Position numbers and translations under genes: made by a program
In this document: piece by piece, positions 45,100 through 53,832 of the stretch
How positions within the stretch are numbered: the stretch's first letter is position 1
Layout: each line of letters begins with the position of its first letter
Source: Phycisphaerae bacterium
GTDB lineage: Bacteria; Planctomycetota; Phycisphaerae; UBA1845; Fen-1342
DNA: 64,000 nt
Reading direction: 5' to 3'
Assembly: GCA_050115495.1 (NCBI GenBank)
Contig: JASFQK010000018.1
Span: 32,001 to 96,000, forward strand
The notes under the pieces: model-generated
Databases searched by the model: none
Told to the model about the DNA's origin: nothing
Seen by the model: the letters and a program-made list of their open reading frames with translations, nothing else

Positions 45100-46605
45100 T
45101 TACAGGCCGTATTCCTGCCACCGATCGTCGACGAGCCGCCGGATTTCCGCGGACATCTCGATCTCCGGCGGCCAGTCGCGGACCTGGCCCTCGCCGGCGA
45201 TCTTCCGCGTCGCGTCGATCCCCATCTTGCTCCCGACGCCGCAGACCGGAGCCGCATGATCCAGAATGTCCAGCGGCCCGTCCGCGAAGACGACATCCCG
45301 CCGGGGATCGACGTTGCTGGCGACGTGGAAGAGCACCTGCTCCAGGTCGTGCACGTCCACGTGTTCGTCCACGACGACGATGATCTTGGTCAGGGCCATC
45401 TGGCCGGCGCCCCACAGAGCGTGCATGACCCGCCGGGCCTGGTACGGGTACTCCTTGCGGATCTTCACGAACACGCAGTTGTGGAAGCAGCCGAACCGTG
45501 GCAGGTCATAGTCGATCAGGTCCGGCACGATCATCTGGAGCATGGGCAGGAAGATCCGCTCCGTCGCCTTGCCCAGCCAATAGTCCTCCATGGGCGGCTT
45601 GCCGACGATGGTGGCGGCGTAGATCGCGTGGCGGCGGTGCGTGATCGCCGTCACGTGCAGGCGGGGGTACAGGTCGGCCAGCGAGTAGAACCCGGTGTGA
45701 TCGCCGAAGGGGCCTTCGAGGATCGGCTCTTCCGCCGGGTCGATGTAGCCCTCGATGACGATCTCGGCGGTGGCCGGCACCTCGATGCCCGGCTGGCTGA
45801 CCGCGGGCACGAGCTCGATGGCTCGCCCCATGAGAAAGCCGGCGAAGAGGCATTCGTCGATCCCGGGCGGGAGCGGGCACGTGGCGGCATAGGGCAGCAC
45901 CGCCGGCCCACCGAGGGCGATGGCCAGCGGCATGCGCTCGCCGCGCTCACGGTATCGGCGGAAGTGGCGGGCGCCGTCGTGGTGCATGTGCCAGTGCATG
46001 GCGGCCAGTCGCGGCTCGAAGAGCTGGACGCGGTACATGCCGACGTTGCGGTCGCCGGTTTCAGGATCGCGCGTGAAGACCCCGCCGAGTGTCAGGTAGC
46101 GGCCGGGCTCGGTTCCGACGGTGGGTACGGCCGACGCGGCGTTGCCACAGAGGTCCGGCCGGCCGTCCAGCGGCCAGCATTTCAGGGCGGGCAGGGTCAG
46201 GATATTGGCGTCGTCGGTGTGCACGACCTCCTGACAGATGCCGCGCTTCACGATCTTCGGCGGCAGGCTGCCGAGCTGGGCCAGCTCCGGCAGCTTCTTC
46301 AGCTTGGCCATGAGCGTGGTGGGCATCTCGGGGCGGAGGAGGCGGGCGACGCGGTCGGCGACGGCTGCGAAGCTGGCGGCTCCGAGAGCGAGGCACATCC
46401 GCTCCTGCGTGCCGAACGTGTTGATGAGCACGGGGAAGTCGTATCCGCGGACGCGTTCGAACAGCAGGGCCGGTCCGCCGGCCTTCATGACACGGTCGGC
46501 GATCTCGGTGATTTCGAGGATCGGGTCGACCTCGGCGGCGATGCGTTTCAGCCAGCCGCGCTGTTCGAGCTCCGTCACGAACGTTTGCAGGTCGTCTGCG
46601 GGCAC
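45100..46605 (-). CDS. ubiD: UbiD-family (prFMN) decarboxylase, menaquinone-biosynthesis type
   Basis: EITEIADR, GPALLF, RNVGMYR, EIVIEG, EGPFGDHTGFY, GKPPMED, SKMGIDAT. Confidence 0.92.
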   Translation of the reverse strand: MPADDLQTFVTELEQRGWLKRIAAEVDPILEITEIADRVMKAGGPALLFERVRGYDFPVLINTFGTQERMCLALGAASFAAVADRVARLLRPEMPTTLMAKLKKLPELAQLGSLPPKIVKRGICQEVVHTDDANILTLPALKCWPLDGRPDLCGNAASAVPTVGTEPGRYLTLGGVFTRDPETGDRNVGMYRVQLFEPRLAAMHWHMHHDGARHFRRYRERGERMPLAIALGGPAVLPYAATCPLPPGIDECLFAGFLMGRAIELVPAVSQPGIEVPATAEIVIEGYIDPAEEPILEGPFGDHTGFYSLADLYPRLHVTAITHRRHAIYAATIVGKPPMEDYWLGKATERIFLPMLQMIVPDLIDYDLPRFGCFHNCVFVKIRKEYPYQARRVMHALWGAGQMALTKIIVVVDEHVDVHDLEQVLFHVASNVDPRRDVVFADGPLDILDHAAPVCGVGSKMGIDATRKIAGEGQVRDWPPEIEMSAEIRRLVDDRWQEYGL

Positions 46606-46692
46606 CGGCAGGTCCTCCGCCGCGTGAAGGCCGCGGGCGCCGGCAGTATAGGACGTCTCCCGCCGGCGATGTAGCCGCCGGGCGGGCCCAGT

Positions 46693-46782
46693 CCGTTGAA
46701 AAAGGGGACTGGCTCCGAGCCGCGGCGCTGATACGGGAGCAGAAACCCGGCGGAGCGAGGTGCCCGTCCCCTTCCTTAACGG
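46693..46782. repeat. Palindromic MITE/REP-like element, copy B (inverted relative to copy A)
   Basis: CCGTTGAAAAAGGGGACTGGCTCCG...GGTGCCCGTCCCCTTCCTTAACGG. Confidence 0.8.
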
Positions 46783-46861
46783 GCTCTTAGGCTACAATTC
46801 TATGTGAGGCCGCCCGGCTCGTGTGCGCCGGCAGGGCCGGTGTCGTGTTTTGGGGCAGCCC

Positions 46862-47740
46862 GTGGGCTGGAACGACCGCGACTACTCGCAGGAGACGTGG
46901 ACCGACCGCGGCGGTGGGCCGGTGTCGTTTCGTTGGCCATCGCGTGTGGCGGGCGTGCTAGTCGCGCTGCACGTCGTCGCGTTCGTGCTGCTGCGTGCGC
47001 TGCCCGGCGGCGAGGAGGCGGTCGGCAAACTCGTTCTGCAAGGGCCAGCGGTGCAGCCGCTGGCCGTGCTGACGCACCCGCTGGCGACGACGGGCGTTCT
47101 GACGCTGCTGGTGACGATCGTCGGCGTCTGGTGGCTGGGGACGCGGATCGAGGAGGAGAGCGGTCGCGTCCGGCTGCTCAGCTTGTACGTCGCCGGCAAC
47201 GTGCTGGCCGGGTTGGCGTTCTATGCGGTGGCCTCACTGCGGCCGGCGCTGGCCGGGGCGGAACTCGACTATCCGGGCGGGGCGTTCGTGGCGTGGATGG
47301 TCGTCTTCTTTCGGCGGCACGCCGGCGAGATGATGCCCGTGTTCGGGCGACTGCGACCGGCCCGCCAGGTGGTGATGATCGCGGTTGCGATTGTGGCGGG
47401 ACTGATGTTCCTCTTCGGCGGGCCGGCGGTCATCGCTCGCCTGGTGGCGCTGGCGGTCGGCGGCCTGGCCGAACCGCTCGTTCGGCGGGTGCCACTTCCG
47501 ATCGGTCGGACGGGCTGGCAGCATCGGCCGCGCGTCCGGCCGAGCATTCCGCGGGAGCCCATCCTCCCCGAGCCACCGCCGCCGGAACCGGAGTCCGGCG
47601 ACGAGCCGGCGATCGACGATATCCTGGCGAAGATTAGCAGCTCGGGTCTGGCTTCGCTGACGGATGAGGAACGGGCCCGGCTGGAGGCGGCCCGGCGGGC
47701 TAAGCTGCGGTCCTCGTCCGGCGCCCGAACCGGTTCCTGA
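46862..47740 (+). CDS. Rhomboid-fold protein lacking catalytic residues, with DUF6576-like tail
   Basis: MGWNDRDY start; LGTRIEEESG..RLLSLY rhomboid motif; YPGG in place of GASG; ARLVA in place of AHLGG; tail IDDILAKISSSGLASLTDEERARL. Confidence 0.8.
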   Translation: MGWNDRDYSQETWTDRGGGPVSFRWPSRVAGVLVALHVVAFVLLRALPGGEEAVGKLVLQGPAVQPLAVLTHPLATTGVLTLLVTIVGVWWLGTRIEEESGRVRLLSLYVAGNVLAGLAFYAVASLRPALAGAELDYPGGAFVAWMVVFFRRHAGEMMPVFGRLRPARQVVMIAVAIVAGLMFLFGGPAVIARLVALAVGGLAEPLVRRVPLPIGRTGWQHRPRVRPSIPREPILPEPPPPEPESGDEPAIDDILAKISSSGLASLTDEERARLEAARRAKLRSSSGARTGS

Positions 47741-48734
47741 AGAACTTCCTCAGCGGGCGGATAAGGCCGCGGCGAGCGCCGTACTCCGTGGCCATGAGCA
47801 GCGGTAGCATGCCAATCCAGAGCACCTCGATCGCTGCGACGACGAGCAACTCCTCCACCGTTGACAATGTCCGGTCCGAAGTACTACTGCGCAGCGGAAC
47901 CTCAGGGGAGCATGCGGCACGCAGAATAGGCACCAGGGCGAAGGCCGCGCCGATCACGAGCCATGTCAGGCAGTGCCTACGAAGGTCTCTTGCGTGTTCC
48001 TCGTGACCGGTCGCGCTCGGACAGTGTATACGCTGCAACGCGCCTTCGAGGACTCTCCAATCGTGGTAATTCTCTGGGATGAGAGATACCTTGGGCTGGA
48101 TGGACAGGCTGGGCGTGCGGCACCACCGGCGTTTCTCAAGCTGCGTGGCGTCGCTCCAGGACTGGAACGTCTCCTGGCCGGTGTCGAGGATGCGCCGGAT
48201 TCCCGCCGCCGTGGTCTGCGCTGCCAGCGCACGCGGCCCCGGGCAACGACTCTTCCAGACGAACAAGAGAAAGGCGCCTGCCACCGCGAGGAAGCCCAGG
48301 ACGATGACAAGTGGAGGGAGCAGAATGAGTCCAAGCTGGCCAGCATCGGCAGCCCCGGCACTCAGCAAGTCCTGACGGGCACGCGCCAGCATCATCAGAG
48401 ACACGAACAGAAAGCCTGCGGCCGCCACAATGCAGACGAACCATTCCGGGGCAGCGAAGCGGGGGCGTTTCCAGAACCGATCGTAGCTGCCGTCTTGTAG
48501 TGCTCGGGCGGCGGCCCGCACGCGCAGCCGGCGGATCCGCCAGCTCCCAGCGTATTCGGGCAGGTGTATGCCGCGCGGCAGCCACGGATGCAGGGATCTG
48601 ACCGCGTCGGAGGGTATCAAGTACTGGCGGCCGCCACGAAGTTCGGTCCAGGGGATGCGAGCGCTGAGGCCATCGGAGCGCGTGACTTCGAGGGTGGAGA
48701 GGTGGAAACGGTATTGAAGCTGTTTCCTTCTCAT
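47700..48734 (-). CDS. Hypothetical membrane protein (paralog 1)
   Basis: Full-length similarity to 48770..49828; four hydrophobic segments; basic C-tail GARRGLIRPLRKFFRNRFGRR. Confidence 0.72.
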   Translation of the reverse strand: MRRKQLQYRFHLSTLEVTRSDGLSARIPWTELRGGRQYLIPSDAVRSLHPWLPRGIHLPEYAGSWRIRRLRVRAAARALQDGSYDRFWKRPRFAAPEWFVCIVAAAGFLFVSLMMLARARQDLLSAGAADAGQLGLILLPPLVIVLGFLAVAGAFLLFVWKSRCPGPRALAAQTTAAGIRRILDTGQETFQSWSDATQLEKRRWCRTPSLSIQPKVSLIPENYHDWRVLEGALQRIHCPSATGHEEHARDLRRHCLTWLVIGAAFALVPILRAACSPEVPLRSSTSDRTLSTVEELLVVAAIEVLWIGMLPLLMATEYGARRGLIRPLRKFFRNRFGRRTRTAA

Positions 48735-48769
48735 GACATGTGTATCATGCCACAGGCGCCCGGCGGACG

Positions 48770-49828
48770 CTATTGCAAACCCACTGCGCGTTTCCCACGA
48801 CGGCGCCCGAAGCGGTCCCGGAAGAACTTCTTCAGCGGGCGGATGAGGCCGCGGCGGGCGCCCAGGTCACTGGCGATCGCCGCAGGAAACAGACAGATCA
48901 CAAGCCCTTCCATTAGCCCGCATAGCGCAAGCTTCTTCGCGAAGGATACCGGTTCCCGATGGCGTACGACGTCCAGAGAGTCCGCCGCATCGTGCTCGGG
49001 CAGCACGAGAAACAGCGTCAAGAGCCCGCCGAAGAGGAGCACAATGAACAACCAGCCCCAACACGCCTGTCGGAAGTCTCTGGCGTGGTCTCGCCGAGGC
49101 GCGGTCCCGGGGTGCAGCACGCGCTGCAGCGCCTCTTGCAGGATTCCGTAGCTGCACGGGGGCAGTAGGGAGCCAAGAATGGGCGACCGCATTCGCAGCC
49201 GGAGCGTCTTGCCGTCCCAGCCGCGTTTGAGCTCAGTGGCTTCGCTCCAGGTCTGGTACGTCTCCTGACCGTTGCTGAGGTAGCGGCGCAGACCTGCCGA
49301 CGTGGCCCGGGCGGCGAGCACACGCAGCCTCCGTTCCTGCATCCAGCCGATAACGGACGCCACGATAGCGGCGACAATGCACGCCACGATCGCCACGACA
49401 AAGGGCGTTGGCAACACGGGGTCCGGCAAATCGGCTTCGGCGGCTCCGGCGTCCAACGCGTACTGCCGGTAGTAGTGCAGCGCCGCGATGCAGATCAACA
49501 GTGTAATCGCGCCCGGAATCAGGACTGCCCTCCAAACGCCGCCGAGCGAGGTGGTATCCACCCAGAACCGGTCGTAGCTGCCGTCCTGTAGGGCGTGGGC
49601 GGTGGACCGCACTCGGAGACGGCGGATCTGCTGCTGCCCCACGCCGGTCGGTAGACGAAGGCGGCGTGGCAGCCACGGATGTGCAGTTCTGACCGCGTTG
49701 GGCAGGACGAGGATGCCACTGCCATGGTTGACCTCGGCCCAGGGGATGCGAACGCTCAGGCCGTCGGGGCGCGTGACCTCGAGGTGGGAGACGTGGAACC
49801 CGTATTGGAGCCGTTTCCTTCTCAACAC
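48770..49828 (-). CDS. Hypothetical membrane protein (paralog 2)
   Basis: Shares LEVTR.DGLS.RIPW, ALQDGSYDRFW, GQET.Q.WS.AT.L and GARRGLIRPL.KFFR with paralog 1. Confidence 0.72.
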   Translation of the reverse strand: MLRRKRLQYGFHVSHLEVTRPDGLSVRIPWAEVNHGSGILVLPNAVRTAHPWLPRRLRLPTGVGQQQIRRLRVRSTAHALQDGSYDRFWVDTTSLGGVWRAVLIPGAITLLICIAALHYYRQYALDAGAAEADLPDPVLPTPFVVAIVACIVAAIVASVIGWMQERRLRVLAARATSAGLRRYLSNGQETYQTWSEATELKRGWDGKTLRLRMRSPILGSLLPPCSYGILQEALQRVLHPGTAPRRDHARDFRQACWGWLFIVLLFGGLLTLFLVLPEHDAADSLDVVRHREPVSFAKKLALCGLMEGLVICLFPAAIASDLGARRGLIRPLKKFFRDRFGRRRGKRAVGLQ

Positions 49829-50014
49829 ATCTGCATTATCGCTCGGCCGCTACGTGCAGGCCATTAGAAACGGGGGCCCGCTTCCTACGGTGGCGCCTTC
49901 CCGTGAATCGCTCTGCCGTCGGGTCGTCCGGGCGTCGTCGCCGCCGAACGGCGGGTGCGTTTCGACCGGCGGCTGGCTAGAATCCGGGGACCTTTGAGCC
50001 ATGGAGCCCGTGCT

Positions 50015-51238
50015 ATGCCGCCTCGTCGTTTGACTCGCCAGGTTCAGGTCGGTTCGGTCAAGATCGGCGGCGACGCCCCCGTCGCCGTCCAGACCATGAC
50101 CGCCGGCCATACTTATGACGTCGACGCCTGCATCGCCGAAGTGCAGCGCCTGGCCGCCGCCGGCGCCGACCTCGTCCGCGTCGCCGTCCCGACCAAGCGC
50201 GACACCGAGGCCCTGCCGGCGATCCTGGCCGCCTCTCCCGTCCCGATCATCGCCGACGTGCACTTCCACTTCGAGCGGGCCCTCGAAGCCATCGCCGCCG
50301 GCGTGCACAAGATCCGGCTGAACCCCGGCAACATCCAGGACCGCCCGCAGGTCGAACGCGTCATCGCGGCCTGCAGGGAGCGCGGCGTCCCCATTCGTGT
50401 CGGCGTCAACGAGGGCAGCATCGTCGAACGCCGCGACCGCGACGTCCGCGCCGCCCAGAAAGCCACGCTCGAGCACGACTACCAGGCGAACCTCATCCGC
50501 CTGATGCTCGACAAGCTCGACGACTACCTGCGCATCTTCGACGCCTGCGACTTCCACGGCATCGTCATCTCGGCCAAGTCGATCGACCCACGCCTGGTCA
50601 TCGACGTCTACACGGCGATCAGCGAGCGCTACGATTTCCCGCTGCATCTGGGCGTCACGCACGCCGGCCCGCCCGAGACCGGCCGCATCCGTTCGGTCGT
50701 CGCCCTGGGCACGCTGCTGGCCAACGGCATCGGCGACACGATCCGCATCTCTTACGCCGCCGACCCCGTGTACGAGGTCGAGGACGGCCACGAGATGCTC
50801 TGCTGCCTGGGGCTGCGGGATCGGCGCGAGCCGGAGCTGATCGCCTGCCCGACGTGCGGCCGCATCCAGGTCGACCTGTTCCGGCTCGTGCAGGACGTGC
50901 GGGCGAAGCTGTCCGAAATCGACGTGCCGATGAAGGTGGCGGTGATGGGCTGCGTGGTGAACGGCCCCGGCGAGTGCGAAGGAGCCGACGTGGCCATCTT
51001 CGCCGGTGCGGGCAAGGGCGTCATCTACGTACAGGGCGAGCAGCGGCAGACCGTCGCCGAGGACCAGATGCTCGAAGCCTTGCTGCACGAATGCCGCGAG
51101 CTGGCCGGCAAGGTCAAACGCGGCGAGGCCAGCCTCTTCGGCGGTCGGGCCGCGGTCACGCCGCCGCGTGAACCGGCCGCGCCGGGACGACCGGTGCAGA
51201 TGAACGTCTCGGGGCGTCGGGGCTCAGCAGCGACGTAG
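50015..51238 (+). CDS. ispG: 4-hydroxy-3-methylbut-2-enyl diphosphate synthase
   Basis: VQTMT, IADVHF, RLNPGNI, IRVGVNEGS, PLHLGVT, GIGDTIRIS, IACPTCGR, VMGCVVNGPGE. Confidence 0.97.
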   Translation: MPPRRLTRQVQVGSVKIGGDAPVAVQTMTAGHTYDVDACIAEVQRLAAAGADLVRVAVPTKRDTEALPAILAASPVPIIADVHFHFERALEAIAAGVHKIRLNPGNIQDRPQVERVIAACRERGVPIRVGVNEGSIVERRDRDVRAAQKATLEHDYQANLIRLMLDKLDDYLRIFDACDFHGIVISAKSIDPRLVIDVYTAISERYDFPLHLGVTHAGPPETGRIRSVVALGTLLANGIGDTIRISYAADPVYEVEDGHEMLCCLGLRDRREPELIACPTCGRIQVDLFRLVQDVRAKLSEIDVPMKVAVMGCVVNGPGECEGADVAIFAGAGKGVIYVQGEQRQTVAEDQMLEALLHECRELAGKVKRGEASLFGGRAAVTPPREPAAPGRPVQMNVSGRRGSAAT

Positions 51239-51271
51239 CGCAGAATCCGTCGTGGACCGTTGCCGATGCCT

Positions 51272-51383
51272 GGGTGGGACGGGCGTCTGAGCCTGTGAAT
51301 CATTCCCGGGTGGGTCGGGCGTCCCGCCCGACATTTCTCTGGTTCCAGGGCGAATACGGCAGGCGAGACGCCTGCCCCACCCA
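51272..51383. repeat. Three GTGG-type REP palindromes including an inverted doublet (REPIN-like)
   Basis: GTGG-GACGGGCGTCTGAGCCTGT, GTGG-GTCGGGCG-TCC-CGCCCGAC, and inverted GGCAGGCG-AGA-CGCCTGCC-CCAC, between convergent genes. Confidence 0.75.
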
Positions 51384-51475
51384 GTGTTCCTGTTCCACCA
51401 GTGTTGGGAATTATCTCACAAGCGCAGACGCCCGATCCGCCCGTGTCGCGGGATTCGCGACGAGATAGTCCCGTG

Positions 51476-53641
51476 TCACGGTAGCTCGCGATACGGCCGG
51501 CCGGCCTGGTAGTAGACCAGGTAGCCGCGAATTGTCGCCGCCAGCGCCTCTTTGTCGGCGGCTGCGGCGCGTTCGGCGGCGCGTATGGCCGTCTGCGTCG
51601 CGGCGGGATAGTCGCCCGTCTCGGCCTGAGCGGCGGCGAGGGCGACCTGCGATTCAATTTCCGGCTCACCCGCTGTGTCGCAGCTCAGCCTCGCCAGACG
51701 CAGCGCCTCCGCGCCGTCACGCAGCTCCGCATCCCAGGCGGTGGCCAACACCCAGGCCAGCGTGCGGGCCAGGTCGCGGTTGTTCGGACGACCAGCCACC
51801 GCTGGCCGGAGTACATCCAGCGCCGCCTGCGTGTCGCCCGCCGTCAGCAGCAGCGTGCCCAGCCGCAGCGCCGCTTCCGCGGAGTTCGGATCGGCCGCGA
51901 GCTGCTGCCGGCACTTCTCCATCTCGCCGTGACGCTGCTGGGCATACGTCGCCAGCCGGGTGAGCAACTCCTTCGCGTCGGGGTACTTCTCGTCGAGGGC
52001 CATGCCTCTCTGGCAGGCCGCCGCCGCCTGGGCGAGCCGCCCGCGCGTGCCCAGTGTGATGGCCAGCTCGATGTTGGCCTCGGCCGACTCCGGGTGCATG
52101 GACACGGCCCGCAGCAGCATGGCCTGACTGTCGACCAGGCGGCCGGCGAGGCGATAGGCCTTGCCCAGTCCGAGCACCAGGACGAACGACTCTGGGCTGC
52201 GCTTGACCGCCGGTTCCAGCAGGGAGATGGCCTCCGCCCCCTCGTTGTTGACGATGTGATATTCGGCCATGCGGAAGTCGTGGTCGATGTCTGCCATGTC
52301 CCGTGGGTTCTTCAGGTTGCTCGTTTCAACCGGCGCAGGGGCCCCGCCGACGTAGCCGAGACTCTGCAATCGCGCCAAGCCCTCGGCGTCCATGACCACG
52401 CTCGCTCCCTCGCGTTGCCGCATCGCAGCTTCGAGTGCGGCGAGTGCGGCTTCCATGTCCTCAACGATCTCTGGGTGGTCCGCTGCGATGTTGTTCAACT
52501 CGCCGCGATCAGTCGCCAAGTCGTACAGCTCGATCTGGGGGGCACGGATATACTTCCAGTTGCCGTCGACGAGGCAACGCAGCTTGCTCCAGCCGAAGTT
52601 GTGGAAGCCGTAGTCCGACTCGCCGTAGCTGCTGCGCGGCGCCAGCGTCCTGCCCACGAGGGCCGGCAGGAAGCTCTCGCCACTGACTTCCGCCGGGATC
52701 GGCTGCCCGATCAGCTCGAGGACCGTGGGCATCAGGTCGATCAGCCGCACGGTGTCGGCCCGCACCTGGCCTTCGGGAATCCGCCCCGGTAGGGAGACGA
52801 TCAACGGCACGCGCATCATCGCGTCATAGGCCAGCAGCGAGTGCCACAGATACCGGTGTTCTCCGAGCGATTCGCCGTGGTCGCCGACGGCGATGATGAG
52901 CGTCTTCTCGCGCAGGCCGTTCGCACTGAGCCACTCCATCACACGGCTGATCTGGGCGTCCACGAAGGCGATCTCGCCGTCGTAGCCGTCGCCGGCCGCT
53001 TTCTCGAGGTAGGCCGTCGGCGGCGTGTAAGGTGTGTGCGGGTCGTAGAAATGCAGCCAGCCCATGAAGCGCTGATCCTTCACCCGCGTTAGCCAAGCCA
53101 GGCCGCGGTCGACGACCAGATCGGCGCTGATCTCCTCGCCTCTTGGGCTGGAGGCGATGCTGACCATATCGTCTTCGTAGACCTCGAAGCCGCGGTCCAG
53201 CCCGAACCGGCTGTCGAGCACGAACGATGCCAGGAATGCGGCCGTTCGGTAGCCCTGGTCGCGGAGTATCTGGGCGAGCGTACGCAGGCCGGGGGCGAGT
53301 GAGTCGGGTCCGTTGTCCCGCAGGCCGATCTCGGCCGGGTAGCAGCCGGTGAGCATCGTGCCGTGTGACGGCAGCGTGATGGGTACCTGCGTGAAGGCGT
53401 TGGTGAAGTGCACGCCGCGGTGGGCCAGGTCGTCGAGCGCCGGCGTGACCGCGCGTTCCCAGCCGGCGAAACCGAGGTGGTCGGCGCGGGTCGTGTCCAA
53501 CGTCAGCAGCAGGATGTTGTAGCCGGCCAGACTTCCCTTCAGTGCCTCGGGGGTGTTCGGCGGCGTCGAGCGGTTGCAGCCACAGAACAGAGGGGCGACA
53601 GCAAGGAACAAGATCAACAGAGCGTGCGTACAGCGGTGCAT
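51476..53641 (-). CDS. Sulfatase/alkaline-phosphatase-superfamily lipoprotein with C-terminal TPRs
   Basis: Lipobox LFCGC; LDTTRADH, VPITLPSH, HFYDPHTPY, YDGEI, GDHGE, ELYDL..D.GE, LQSLGY; start at 53641 or 53650. Confidence 0.88.
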   Translation of the reverse strand: MHRCTHALLILFLAVAPLFCGCNRSTPPNTPEALKGSLAGYNILLLTLDTTRADHLGFAGWERAVTPALDDLAHRGVHFTNAFTQVPITLPSHGTMLTGCYPAEIGLRDNGPDSLAPGLRTLAQILRDQGYRTAAFLASFVLDSRFGLDRGFEVYEDDMVSIASSPRGEEISADLVVDRGLAWLTRVKDQRFMGWLHFYDPHTPYTPPTAYLEKAAGDGYDGEIAFVDAQISRVMEWLSANGLREKTLIIAVGDHGESLGEHRYLWHSLLAYDAMMRVPLIVSLPGRIPEGQVRADTVRLIDLMPTVLELIGQPIPAEVSGESFLPALVGRTLAPRSSYGESDYGFHNFGWSKLRCLVDGNWKYIRAPQIELYDLATDRGELNNIAADHPEIVEDMEAALAALEAAMRQREGASVVMDAEGLARLQSLGYVGGAPAPVETSNLKNPRDMADIDHDFRMAEYHIVNNEGAEAISLLEPAVKRSPESFVLVLGLGKAYRLAGRLVDSQAMLLRAVSMHPESAEANIELAITLGTRGRLAQAAAACQRGMALDEKYPDAKELLTRLATYAQQRHGEMEKCRQQLAADPNSAEAALRLGTLLLTAGDTQAALDVLRPAVAGRPNNRDLARTLAWVLATAWDAELRDGAEALRLARLSCDTAGEPEIESQVALAAAQAETGDYPAATQTAIRAAERAAAADKEALAATIRGYLVYYQAGRPYRELP

Positions 53642-53832
53642 GCCAAGCATCCTTTCGCGACGTCAAGCGTCAACTCAAATGCGCAGCTTATCAGAATCAG
53701 CGACACGGAGGTATCCTCATGGTCACCGCTGGATTTGCGACGTGGGTGGACCTGCTCTTAGAATAGCCCGTACGCTTGCCCCGCGTGCCGTCGGTTGGTG
53801 CGTGGCTATGCGCAACCCACGCGAGACCGCCG

